DNA from: Adineta vaga
Taxonomy: Eukaryota; Animalia; Rotifera
Length of the DNA stretch: 64,000 nucleotides
Assembly (NCBI GenBank): GCA_021613535.1
Contig: CP075493.1
Location: forward strand, 3,658,001 to 3,722,000
Reading direction: 5' to 3'
Made by a program: the position numbers and the translations under genes. How positions within the stretch are numbered: the stretch's first letter is position 1; each line of letters begins with the position of its first letter. The notes under the pieces are model-generated. The model had not been told where the DNA came from and ran no database searches. It worked only from the letters and a program-made list of their open reading frames with translations. Shown here piece after piece: positions 40,924 through 53,797 of this stretch.

Positions 40924-42398
40924 TCAAGCATTTTCAAGATGAATAAGTAGACGATATGGAATTACTGACGAACGTCGATCAGAAAAATGTTCAATAATGT
41001 CGTTTGGAACGATATTACAAATATGTTTATCACCCCATCCAACTGTTTCCCCTTGAGTTTGAAATGTTCCTGGTTTTTGCTTACATTGCAATACAATTTG
41101 CGCATTATATAATTTACTTGTTTGTGGTGATGTGAATGACTTTACTTGACTATACACATGTAGACTGGCATAGCGAATTGATGGAGATGTATAAATATGA
41201 TTTTTTCCTGGAATGTGTCCTGCACGGATGGCTAGTTTAGTTCCATCGAGTAAGCGATCACCTGGTAATAAAAATTGACGATGAGTAAGGATTGATTGAG
41301 CTGCTAGTGGTGTTGTTCCATGATAAACAACAATCCATGTGTTCCATAGATCATCACCACGAAACGGATCAACGCCAAGTCCAAAACCAGCCCAACCTCG
41401 AGGGACAACATAATCGGAGTCTGCAACTCGTAGTGTATTTGGTAAATTGTTTGAATAACATGATTGACAATAACAACGATTATGCTTCTTGTTAAAGAAT
41501 CCAAGAGACCATCCTAATTGTTTTACATACTCTTTGCATTCTGCAAAGTATATACAAGTAAACATTTTTCTTGGATGAGATGACGCTCCTCTACTGTTCG
41601 ATCGTCCTAACCTACCATGACCATGTCGATCGGATGATGCTGTTTGTGCTCTCGCCTGACCAAGATTCATATCAGTTAAACTTCTCTGAATTTGATCTAC
41701 TGGATTAGAATTAGATACGTCAGCTTTGTTCGCAATAGATTTTCTTCTAGTTAGAGATTTTCCAGCACTAGCTGCACTATACATATCTTTTTGCAATGAG
41801 AACATACAAAAGAAAGTGTAGTATTTTGTGGATTTTTCCAAAAATTTGATTTTTCACAATGGGGACATCGCATATGTGCATAAATTTGCTTGCACGACCA
41901 GCAAGACACAAGACTACCCGGAGTATAATTGCAATCTTTCCATATTTGCCCCTTACTACAAAAGGGACATTGAATATATTGATGGGTTTTATGGCATGAA
42001 TGACATTCAAGTCGTTGACCTTGAATAGATCCATCAGTCGAATAAACGTTAGGTTCATGACAATGTGCACAGGAGACATGTTGAAGAGATCGAGTACAAG
42101 AAATACACTTGTACGTTAAACCTTGCTCATAGTTTGCTGCTGACCACATATTGACAGTTTGACAATGAGTACAACAGAGAAATTGAAATGATTTGGTACA
42201 TGATGCACATTTAATTATTTGTCCTTCAACCGACATCGAAGGATTATTCCAGGTGTTGTTTGAAGAACAATGAGGACAAAATATTTGTTGCAATCGAGTT
42301 GAACATGAAACACAATTAAAGAACAAGCCTTGCTTATATTGATTGTTATACCATGTATTATTTTGTTGACAAGCTGGACAGACAAGTGTTGTTGTCAT
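40924..42398 (-). CDS. Zinc-ribbon repeat protein fused to a NEURL4-type ADP-ribosyltransferase-like domain (one frameshift at 41788-41792)
   Basis: 12 CxxC motifs in ORF 41751-42434. The downstream -1 frame has RCYCQSC, YVVPRGWAGFGL, WIVVYHGT, LLPGD, YTSPSIRYA, QIVLQCKQKPGTF..QGET and IIEHF...PYRLLI. Confidence 0.75.
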
Positions 42399-43281
42399 TA
42401 TTTTATTAAATCTACAAAAGAAATCATAATACATGAAGTAATTGATAATACTTATTCATCTGAGCAATAGACTTTCTTCGAAAAGAGATTTCTTATATGT
42501 CAAATCACATTCTTGATACAATCATTATGAATCTTGTTTCTATAAGCTTAAAAGAAAAAAATATAGGCATGATTGTCTAACAATACGTACAACTTTTTCA
42601 TAGAAAATAATGATTTTGACTAAATGAACTGACCAATTACTGATTTAAAACTATTTGCAATGATCCGAAGAGTAGAAAAGACTTTTTTAATAATTTGAAT
42701 AACCAAAAAGCCGGACGAAATGTTTTTTTTCTTTTATATGAAAAACACTGATACTTTTTACTTTTCTTCCGACTTAACAATAAAAGAAAAGTCTGAAGTC
42801 ACCTTTCAATGGTGTGATGTGTGGTCTATGAAAAAATAGACTTTTTTCCCAAAACAAAGAGACTTGTTGTTGATCTAGTCAAAGAACAAGTCATTCATTG
42901 AATTCAATATTCTAGATTGATGACTTTCAATTTCGAGACGTTCTCTTTCGTTAGTACCTTGACATAAAATTAATCCTTGTACTCTAGCACTCCCTATTAA
43001 CAAGTAGTGACATCTATTTCTCTGATGTTATTTCTCGAAAATTTAAATTTTTCTCAAATAAATTCTATATTTTAATTATTTTTATTTTGTTTATAAATTA
43101 ATTTACGGTAGATTGAAAACAATAACATAAATTCTTTCTCACACCTATGTCATGTCATATAAATGAATCAGAATAAACATTGCATCAGACAGACTGTTTC
43201 GATTTATAGGAAATAAAGAAAAACTGAAGTAACCTACCGTGATGGTTTCATCATTTTTGCTTTTTTTTGACAGATTTCAAC

Positions 43282-43296
43282 ATGATACTAATTTAG
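43282..43296 (+). promoter_or_regulatory. ATF4 uORF1 (ATG ATA CTA ATT TAG, 4 aa)
   Basis: Short ORF 8 nt after a strong T-tract...GACAG acceptor at 43273, upstream of uORF2 and the ATF4 CDS. Confidence 0.7.
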
Positions 43297-43439
43297 CAAC
43301 GTTGCGACCTTCGTAGGCGCCTTAGCTTCGGCTAGCAAGCACGCTCTTCTCGTGCCCAACACAAAGTAAAGAAAATTTAAAGTTAAATTTCGTTAATTTT
43401 ATAAGTCATATCAATTATCTGTCATCTTAGCTCTTCAAT

Positions 43440-43589
43440 ATGGAAATCAAAATGGCGTTCGCCAAATCTTCTTCTTCAACTTTATCTTTATCTAAATCTA
43501 TAGAAAGAAAAACTCCAACTCATGTTATTCGAACAATATTGTTCTCAAGATCTTTTGACACCATCCATCAACGATGGTGGTGTCCATAA
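43440..43589 (+). promoter_or_regulatory. ATF4 inhibitory uORF2 (49 aa) overlapping the main CDS out of frame
   Basis: ATG at 43440 (second in-frame ATG at 43452), open to TAA 43587-43589. It overlaps the ATF4 ATG at 43522 by 68 nt in another frame. Confidence 0.75.
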
Positions 43590-44282
43590 ATTAAATTCAA
43601 GTTTAACATCACTTGATTTTTATTTGCTCGATGATATCGAAGCTTACTTATCTCTTCCACAAATTAAAACAAAAAAAAATGATTTAATTAACGATACTAT
43701 TGATGATCTTAGTCAACATCATGAAGATCTTTTTGCAGATTTCGATTTTTCAGAATTTGACGAGAAATCAGGTAAAATAAAGAAAACAAACATATCTAAA
43801 TTATATTTTCTTGTTTGTCCTTGATAGATTTTATCAATTCTATCGGTATCGATGAAGTAGATATCGAAAAATGGATCACTCAATCATCATTTCCATCACC
43901 ACCAATGGATTCAGATCTATCTTTTCACGATACAACAAATACAACCTCAACTCTTGATGAATATCCAATAAATATTGATATGGTTGTTCCACCATCGCCG
44001 CCACTATCATCAACAAGTTCATCTCCAGCGCCCTCAACAAAGAAAACAAAATTATCTACGGTTGAGCGTAAACTACGAAAGAAAAGCCAAAATAAGAATG
44101 CAGCCGAAAAATATCGAATAAAGAAAAAGTCGGAACGTCACCATCTACTTGAACGACATGACCAATTGAAGAATACCAATAAAGAATTGAGATTGGAATT
44201 AGAAAATTTAAGTTTTCGTGTCGAAAAATTTAAACAATTATTTGTTGATTTACTTCAAATCGATCCCTCAACAGGAAATTAA
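43522..44282 (+). CDS. ATF4: ATF4/ATF5-family bZIP transcription factor, 2 exons
   Basis: Acidic N-terminus, P/S-rich linker and bZIP ERKLRKKSQNKNAAEKYRIKKKSE...L..N..L...L (human ATF4 KKLKKMEQNKTAATRYRQKKRAE). The uORF layout supports the call. Confidence 0.88.
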
Positions 44283-44735
44283 ATCTGTTCTTTGTTCTTT
44301 TGATGTTCACTATCATTATTATCACTAATATCGTTCTTTATATCATATATATCTCTTCTTTTTTTTTCTTTTTCTTTTTCTTTTTCTTTTTCTTCTTCTT
44401 TATTGTCTGTGCTGTTCATCTATTTACTCAATAAATACGATCACTAGTATACGAAAAAAAACAACTAATCACAATAAATGTAAGCATAATGACAATTGAT
44501 ATCGAGATACTTTGAAAAAACAACATGAGAATACCAAATAAACGAATCTTTGTGAAGAGAGAAGAATGAGAAGAAAAAACAATGAAGAAAATAAAATTGT
44601 TTGAATCTAAGTCGCGACATTCTTCAACAGAAGTATAAAGTGCACCATCAATCTTATCAAACAATAACGGTATAATTCGTGCGTATTTTACATTTAGAAT
44701 GATTGTAAATTTGATTTAGATATTGAAAAAGTACG

Positions 44736-45330
44736 ATGGAACGTTCATCGATTATCTTAATAGGAATTATCTCAGCTATTATCCTTCTTCTTTTATTTCC
44801 AATAAAAAATCGTAAGTTGTCAATTTTTGTCTTGCATTCGATTTTTTAATCTTCTTGTAAAAGTAACATGAATACTTTCGTTCTTAAAGAATACTAATTC
44901 AACGGTAAGTATTCAATAACATTGGACAAAAAGAAGAATAACAATTCACCTCGAGTCGTTTTCACATTCAATTGCAAGCTTTTATGCATGTGTGTTTTCT
45001 TTGATGATTAATCTATTCAATATTTCAGATACGACTTGGTCAACGGACAATGAAGATGCAGAAACATCAATATCTCTCTGTCAAATACATGTTCAATCTG
45101 ATGAATCAAATCTATTCGATGATCAAATACTACTAGCATTGTTAGCAACATTTAAAATGCATGATTTTCAAATAGGACAACCAGTATGGGGACCATCGAA
45201 TACGCGTCTTTATCTCTGTGAACATCCACTTAAAGCTGGTTTAAAACAATCAACCATTGATAATGATCTGAATAGTATTATAAGAAATGGTGGAGATGCA
45301 TCGAAACGATTTGCTTGGTCATGTGCTTGA
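44736..45330 (+). CDS. Small putative signal-anchored protein of unknown function
   Basis: MERSSIILIGIISAIILLLLFPIKN exon with a GTAAGT donor at 44812 can splice in phase to the acceptor at 45028 and ORF 44992-45330. A second donor at 44905 makes the model uncertain. Confidence 0.4.
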
Positions 45331-45937
45331 TTGTAAGAAAATTTCTATAATATATTCATGTGTGTCTGTGTGATTTGAAGTGAAAATAAAGTTTCGTAGT
45401 CATTAGAAAATATTTGTGCTCAATCAATTTGGCAGAATAAATCGATTCTTATTATATTTTGAGTAAGTAATTGATGCGAATTAATACAAACGCAAACATT
45501 TCCTAGTACCCATCTTGTGAGTTCATTTAGCATAAATGAGTGGGCGAAAACGCATTATTTTGTTTTAAATGGTTCTTTTTCTTAACTATTCTTATTTGCG
45601 TCATCCCGTATTTACTTATTACTTTTCAAAACGAATGTGATTTTTCCCTCTTTTGTTCCTATCTCATTGCAATATATTTGTAAGTACTTCCGCTGATTAT
45701 TTTGTTAGTTCGAAAAGAAAAACAAGTAATATATTCATTTCATTAAATAATATTTTTATGAGATTGTATTGTAAATCAATAAAAGAAAAGCAAGTCAAGT
45801 CATAATAGGAAATAAAACAGAGAATTTTCAATTATCAATAAAATTTCATTCTCTCACGTCGAAACATTGCAGAGAACAAAAAAACAAGGGCGCACAAAAA
45901 ATACATAATTATGTCTTTATTTTTTTTTCTCTCTTCT

Positions 45938-48900
45938 CTAAAAACGTGTTTCTACTGTAACACTTTCATTATCATCAAATGTATATAAATCTTCCGTTGG
46001 TGTACCATCATTAGTACCTGTTGTATAATAGGGAGATTGTTGTTGATTTCTTCTTGTTCGTGTAACAAATTCATTGAGTTTCGTACGTGCTTGCCATAGC
46101 ATGGAATTTTCTGAAATACAATCTTCATCATCCGATTCTATATGTCGTTGTTGTTCTTGTTTCCATCGATCAATATTACCAAGATGATCCGTGGTTTGAT
46201 ATTGTTGACGATCTTGAGAATAAGCACGTTTATTATAATGAGAATTGGAAAACTGTATATGAGTTATAATATTACCACCAGGATGAAGAGAATTGTTACT
46301 TGTTGAAGAAGAACGAAAACGACGAGAATAATGACGTTGTACAGGTAAATTTTGGGCTAAATTCGAATCATAGGATGAAGTTGTCATTGGAGCATATCGA
46401 CTAGTTGATTCAGGAGTATCTGAATTCGAAGAAAGATTATTTAGCTCTATATTTCCATGAAATTCTCTTACCATTCATTGGTCTTGTATAAACTTTTTTC
46501 TTTTTTAAACTTTCCAATACTTTATTCATCATCTCCTGTCGTTGTTCCAATTCATCGGTTGGGTTTTGTTCTTTCGTAGTCGATAGTATTCGATCATTTT
46601 TTAAATTATCCATAGTTGTTATCGATGCCGCTTGAGAGATTGATGAAACGCATTGTTGTCCAACCATTTTTGTTTCAAAAAATTTCTTCAATGATTTAAC
46701 AGAATGTAAATGATTCATAATTACATTTTGTGTACTATCATCATTATCAATTGATGTTATTTGTTTTTGTACAGTGAATATATTACTTGTTGTTGGAGAA
46801 TATTCATTGCAACTCTCTGTTGTGGATGGAACTAAGGAAGATTTGAGTAAAGGTGGAGGAGCTGGTATAGTTTGATCTATATCATTAGAAATATCATAAG
46901 TATCGAATATATTTGATGATGTGTCCGGATTAGTTATTGTATTAAATGACGATGGTGGTGGAGAGATACGTTGAGTAACATGTTCTTCTATATAAGAAAA
47001 TAAACATACAAATTAGTAATATGATCAAGATCACCATTTTCCGGACAGATAAAATTCATGTCTATGAATTTTGATTCGATTCGTAATTGAATTCCACTTA
47101 CCTTGAAATGAAACACGTTTTGCAGCTTGTCTCCATTTTTGTTTATTTGGATTGCTAAATTCATTTGTTGTAAAATGATTCATTGGTAAATCATCATCAT
47201 CTTCGTCATCTTCACTTTTGGCTAATAATATATCATCCATACTCATATGTCTATCTCTCTGTTCATTATGTAAACTATTTTCTAGTCCACTATTCGCATG
47301 TGTAACAGAAAAACTTCCAACTGTTTGTTCATCAACAAAACCTGAATCATGTGTTGAAAGTGGTACTATAGATTGTGAACTACGATAAAATTGTTGATTG
47401 TCATTTGTTGATTTAAATAATAAAGTTGGATCAAGTGATTGAAATTCCGTTTGACATACACCGATTATAACAGGATTATTTGTACGTGGTTTAAATGTAC
47501 TAATCGATGGTTTAGTAAAAAATGGACCTGTGTTATTATTTGGTTGAAGATATTTTGGACGTTGGCACTGAAAATAAAATAGATAAGAAAAAAAGAAAGA
47601 TCAAGACGCTTATGAATTTTACTTCAACAAGAGATTGAATCGAATAATGTGGATTATAAATGGAATCATCTCCATCTGTAATTGTACCTGCATCATCCTC
47701 TCGTCTTAACATTCTTGGTACACTGACAAGTATCGATCCTCCAGCATTAATTTCATTTCCTAAACTTCGATCTGTTTCTTGATCGATTAGAGATGATTCT
47801 CGAGGCATATTTTCAGGCATCGTTGTATAATTAGAATCATCTACACTATTAGCAATACGTTTATAGTACTCATCACTCAATTGTTGATCATTATGGATCA
47901 ATGCTTGAATTGTTTTTGTTGTCTACAAATTTTAGATATAATAGAAAATAAACTGAAGAGAATAGAATCAAATGATTTACTTGTTGTTGATGTTGTGGTG
48001 ATAAATCATATTTACGTTCAGATTTAATCAAGGGTTGTTTTTGATGTCGTCTGTTTGAATTATTTAATGTTGTAGCTGAACTTCGAATTACTATATCGGA
48101 TAAACTTAAATCTGATGAATCATAATCATCGGCTTCTGGTACGGGAGAAAGAGTCGCAGCTGAAATTTATAATGAAATAAAAATGTCCTATCATATTGAT
48201 TCATACAAGTACTTACTGTCCATAAGCAATGGAAATTTAAAAGCTTGTTGTGGTGTTGGATGTGTCTTTGGAGTGATCGGTGGTTGATGATGCTGTTGAT
48301 TATTTTTTTTATCCGAATGACGAATTAAACGAAAACGTGATCGAAAACTATAAACAGACATATTCATCATTATCTCTGATGAAAATAGATTACCTTTTTG
48401 ATAGTGAACTTTTAGTACAACTTTTAAATAGATTACTACCGAACCATTGACGTCCTTCAATTTTAGCCCATGCACCATTATTATCAATCATATAACCACC
48501 TTGATCTTTTTCATCCCAAATAACGATTTCACCTGAAATTTACAATGAAATAATTCCTGTTTTGATTACAAAATTTTCATACGTACCAACAGCTGGTAAT
48601 ATATCATTATTGTTGTTATTTGTTGTATGAATTAAATTATTTGTTGAATCACCATATATTGGTCCATGAAAATGACCATTACCTCCAAGACGTCGATCAT
48701 CTAATAAAGATGGAATTGAAGTACTAAGTAAATGCTGACCATGTACTCGATGACGCTGTCTAAAAAAATTCAACCATTGAATTTTTCGTATTAAAACTCT
48801 TTTTCTCTATTTACCTTCGAACAGCAAAAAGAATTAAATTAATAATTGCCAAAAGAATAACGAATAGAATTGATACAGCTACAATCGTCATATCCGTTTT

Positions 48901-51900
48901 ACTTAACCATCCATACTCCATTGCATTCTTTTTATTTCTTTGTTCAATAGCACTTCGAATCATATTATGAGCATTGAACGGTGTGACGTGTGCTAAATTA
49001 AATCACATAAACAATGAATTATTGTCGAGAACAACTTCAAAACAAATGATTTATCTTAATTTTTATTATACCAGGTATATTCGTTGAACAATCGCATATC
49101 GGACAAAATTTACGTCGACGTAGATATCTCATTATCAATAAATGATATGATCATATACGTCATTGAAAGAACATGTAAGACTTAAATCAATAAATAAATA
49201 GAGATGGAAAGAAAAATGATACGCCTTAGTCGTTATGTAAATAGAACTGCTTGATGAAGTCAATTGACTTTTCGGATGATGGAATTTTCCGAAAAAATCA
49301 TCGCAAAATACAAAAGATAGCTGCTTGTTATAAGTAGCGAATTATTTAGTTCTATACGACTTTTTTGAAACTACACAACATCTAATTCTCGAAAAGGATG
49401 AATGATGAAATTTTTCATACCATCAGCTTGAATTCCGACAGCATTACGTTCACTAACACCTGGATATTGTTGTGGATGATAACGTTTAACTGGAGGTGTA
49501 TTGATAGAAATTACTTTCCAATTCGATTTGGTTGAAATTAAGTCGATTTGCTGACGAGGTGATACAGATAACAAAGAATTTGTCGTTACAGTTGTTTCAA
49601 TCTTAGATGTTGGTTCATATTGATCTGAATCATCATAATTCTCATCAACGAAATTACTAGGTTTTTTACTTGACGATTTGAACCAGAAAAGATTTGTTTT
49701 GTCTGTAGTACTTGTAGGTATTGGCGTCTTTTTATCAAGAAAATGTACCATACTTTGTGTAGTAGTAGTAGTAGTAGCTGTTGTTGTTTTGTTGTATAGG
49801 GAGTCGTAGTCATTGTAGAATTGTCGTGAATGTTTGTTGTGTTGTAGTGGTTATTCGTGTCGTGGTAGTTGTGAATTGTGTAGTTGAATGGATATTAATT
49901 GATGATTTTTGAGGTCTAGTAGTATACCATTGCCATTGCCACCAATCAAAAGGACCAGCAGGTGAATACCAAGGTGTAGGCACTGGTAGGGTTATTTTTG
50001 CTGTAGAACGCATGGCTGATGTAGTAGTGATTCGTGGTGTAGTGGTAGTAGCAGTTTTGGTTGTGGTGGTTGTTTTTGTTGTTAACATTAGTATTCTAGT
50101 TGATGGATGAGAGTTACCGAAACTATAGTATATCCATGGTCTATGTGTAAATAATAAACGTCGATGAGCTGTAGCAGTTCGAGTAGCTGTCGTGGAAGTA
50201 GTGTGAGTGTAGACAAAAAAGTTGTAGATTTCGTAGTCGTAGATGTAGTGGTAGATTCTAAATGTGAGAATACATATAGATCATTCATAAGAATCACTCG
50301 CAGATATAGAAAATTCAAAAAATCAATCAATTTATTTACTTGTTGTGGTTGTGGTTGTGGTTGTAGTTGTTGTCGATTTTGTTGTTATTCGAGTACTGGT
50401 TGTCGTCGATCGTTGTGTTGTGGTTGATGGACTATCATGCCATGTAAAATTCCATTTGACCACTGGTAATTGATATGTTGTAGTTCGTAGTAAATTTGTT
50501 CTTGATCTATTCGATTTCTGTGGTCGATTTTTTAAGAGCCATCCATAAGGCCCATACGCCACATTAACTGTTTGTAATGCTCCATATGGATATGTAAAAG
50601 CACTTGATACTGTTGATGTATTTGTTTCTAGGAAATATTTAAAAGAAGGAACTAAAATATGCGTATATTTTTCACACGTGTTTGTTGATCCATCCATTTT
50701 TGTTGTCTCAGTATGCTAACACTTAATCTTAACATCTTTCACACGCCACACCTCTATTCTATTCATTTGAAAATTGACAAGAATGTGAGGACAAATGGCT
50801 ATACATGTGTACGTAGAAGATTATCACGACGCCACGAAAGGTAAGGCCATTGTATAATACAAAATCGAGGTGACAATGTGTGTGTGTGTGTGTTTACCTT
50901 CAGTATAGATTAGAATGTATGATAGACTTACTAGAGTTTATATCAATAGATGATGAATGAGGCGTGGTCGTTGTCATACGTATATGTAGCATGTGATTAT
51001 TGTTCGATATTGTTGGATTGGGTGGATTATTAAATGCTAAACGACTCCAACCATGATCGGATGATGTTGAAATTGAAGGCGGTGCAATTGATGCTGCTGT
51101 GGCAACTAATGGTACACCAATATTATCACGTGATCCACAATGTAAATGAACTTCTGCAGCAGGATGACTCGCTTTAATAAATAAAATTTAATAAGTAATT
51201 GTAGAGAAAAACATGATACAATCAAACCTTCATAAACAATCCAAAATCCTCCACGTACAGTCGGTATATGACTATAAAAATTGATATATAAGGAATTAGA
51301 ATCACTTAAATAATTATGTCCTTGTTGTAAATAAGTACATTGTGTACTTCTTTGTTCATTACTACTCTGTAAATAAAGACCAGCACCAGCACAATGTTCT
51401 ACGAGAAGAAAACGAAAAGATCCATTTTCTATTCTATGACGTAACAAACAAAATACAAACGATCATAAGGAATTAGTTGAAAGACAATAACAGAAAGTAA
51501 TAGACGATGTTGTAATTGTGTCGATAATTTACACCAACAATCATCACTTGATGTATACGGATTTGGAAAATTTGGTGTTTGTAATGTCCCCCAAGACGAT
51601 GTGATCGCTTGTGATGAACATACATCATGAATAAATGCATCTTTATTAATAAAGAAAACGATATTTTCTCAATTTAAAATTATAAAATTCGGTTTTTGAT
51701 CTCTCACTCTCTCCCTTTGTTATTAGTATCTTGTATTATTTTTCTTTATCTATTCACACCTTTGCTCCTCCTCAATTGTCAAGAGATTAATTGTACAACG
51801 TTCGATTATTATTACTTGGTGACATAGAAGAAAGATGTTGTAATCTAATCTCACTAGTGTTTAATTGCTCTCTCTTGTCTGATCTCTCTCTCTCTCTCTA

Positions 51901-52444
51901 CTCTTAAGTTTTCTTATTTTGATGAACGTGTTTAAAGATATATTTCTATTTAATCCATTTAATTAATTATTTTTTATCGTACCTGATATACATTCGAAAA
52001 ATGCCATCGTATAATCAATTAATTGATTATGACAATTATCTTTTGGACTATTTAAACGTATACGTTGCATATGTAATGAACAATTTTCTCGTCCTGAACA
52101 AGCTGATGTAAAACTTGTATGAACTTTACAATCGACACCATTTGATTCTTTTGAAATTTGTTTTTGTTTTAAACATTGAATTGGTAAACGTGAACTATTT
52201 TTAACGGATGCATCAAATGCATCTAACATACGAATTTTTTCATTTAATCCACAACGTATTTGCATGATACCTGGTTCATCTGAATTATGACAATAGACAG
52301 CTGTTAATGCATCTAAATCAAAAAGAAATCATATTAATAAGAAAGAAAATGAATGTCATTACTTGTCAATGGTACAACTGGAGGTATTTGTGTTAATGAT
52401 TGTTGAATGAAAAATACGAGTAGACAAACTGAAATTTGTTTCAT
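45938..52444 (-). CDS. Large type I membrane protein: SUEL/Gal-lectin-like domain, CUB domain, Thr-rich mucin stalk, TM, long disordered cytoplasmic tail
   Basis: Signal peptide at 52444; IRCGLNEKIRMLDAF...CSGRENC...FECI (SUEL-like); GTLQTPNFPNPY...CWC...GGFWIVYE (CUB); poly-Thr at 49770-50430; TM at about 48820-48890; tail ends ETRF*. There are frameshifts in the Thr-rich exon. Confidence 0.75.
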
Positions 52445-53797
52445 GTTTCTGGTCAAAAATCAAATACTGATTTTCTGTTGTTCTGAACAATACATATATA
52501 ATCGATTGAAATAGTTCGTATTCATTTGATTTTCGTCGTTGTCTTTAGCAATTGATTGATTGAATGAATAATAATAATAATAATACATTCAGCATGTATC
52601 GTCTGTAAAGATAGACAAATGTTAAAATCGATGTTTGAATGTCTCTATTGAATATTGTTTCTAGGTCGTTGACTTTATTTTCAGAGAAGAAAGACATGAA
52701 TAACAAATCGAATGAGGTCAACATTAATGAATTGACTTTTGTCTTTAGTTAAATGTATATTTAATACTTGCATCTTCTCTCTTAAAACATTAGGAACAAA
52801 AAAAAGAAGAAGAAAACTTCATACCAAATGAGTAACGACGCGACGATGACTATGCTATGTCAACTTGGCGGCATGTTTAACAAGGCAGTGCAACGATAAA
52901 AATGTACAAAAAAAAATGATCAAGAAGACAAAGAAGAAGAAGAACATGTCATCCCCAAACTACTATCAATGTATGCATTAATCCTATCTCGACAGGAGGA
53001 AGAGAAATAGAGCTATACATCTTTGCTCGTACATTGTCTTTCTCTCTCTTTCCCATTAATGTATGATTTTAGATCATTGATGTTCTTTCTCTTACTGTTG
53101 GCGCGTGAGTAAATAATAATGTGAGGTGTATACTGGACTATTTCCCTTAAAGAAAGGGACTAACGAGCGGAAGATGGACTTGTTTGAGATATACGCGATT
53201 AGTGTTTCTTTTTTATTTCCTGAGAAATAATAATAATGATTATTATGATTTCTATCCTGTTCATCGAATGTACACTTACCGTATTTATTCAAATGAAAGA
53301 AATGAAAATTTTAAAGACAAAAAACAACTGTGATCAACTAATAGAATCATTGGATTGTTTTTTTTATCTTGTCTAGACATATGATGGATTCAAGACGATA
53401 AAAAATAGAAATGCGAAACGAATGATGATACTGTATATGATTCAAAATCACGTACATAGAACTATTAACAGAATTATGAACGTGTATATCAATAGAAACA
53501 AAATGCATGTTGAAAAATCTGTTGATGTTAAAAAAATACACGAACTTAACAATGATGTTTTGTGAAATTAAAGTATAGTAAGTGATATCATTTTACTTAA
53601 GTTATGTTTATACATTCTGACTTTTAGTTAAAACAAAAGATATGTTCATTCGTTATGAAAAAATGAGGAAATATTTGCATTAATTGAGTATTATATTTAT
53701 TTGAGAAGAAGAAAAAGAAACGAAAAGACACAAATCTACTAAGTCTTGTATACACAAATCAATTAACTTCTAAAAAGACATTCACACAATAAAACTA

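Noticed and set aside
46420-46471. Apparent frameshift between ORFs 46437-46718 and 45938-46474
   Set aside because: It is explained by an ordinary 52-nt GTAAGA...TTCAG intron.
49071-49320. Possible cassette exons inside the SUEL-CUB gene intron
   Set aside because: Candidate acceptors give stop codons in the required phase, and the flanking exons join in frame without them.
50164-50427. Cys-rich metallothionein-like plus-strand ORF
   Set aside because: It is the antisense reading of the poly-Thr (ACA/ACC) mucin exons.
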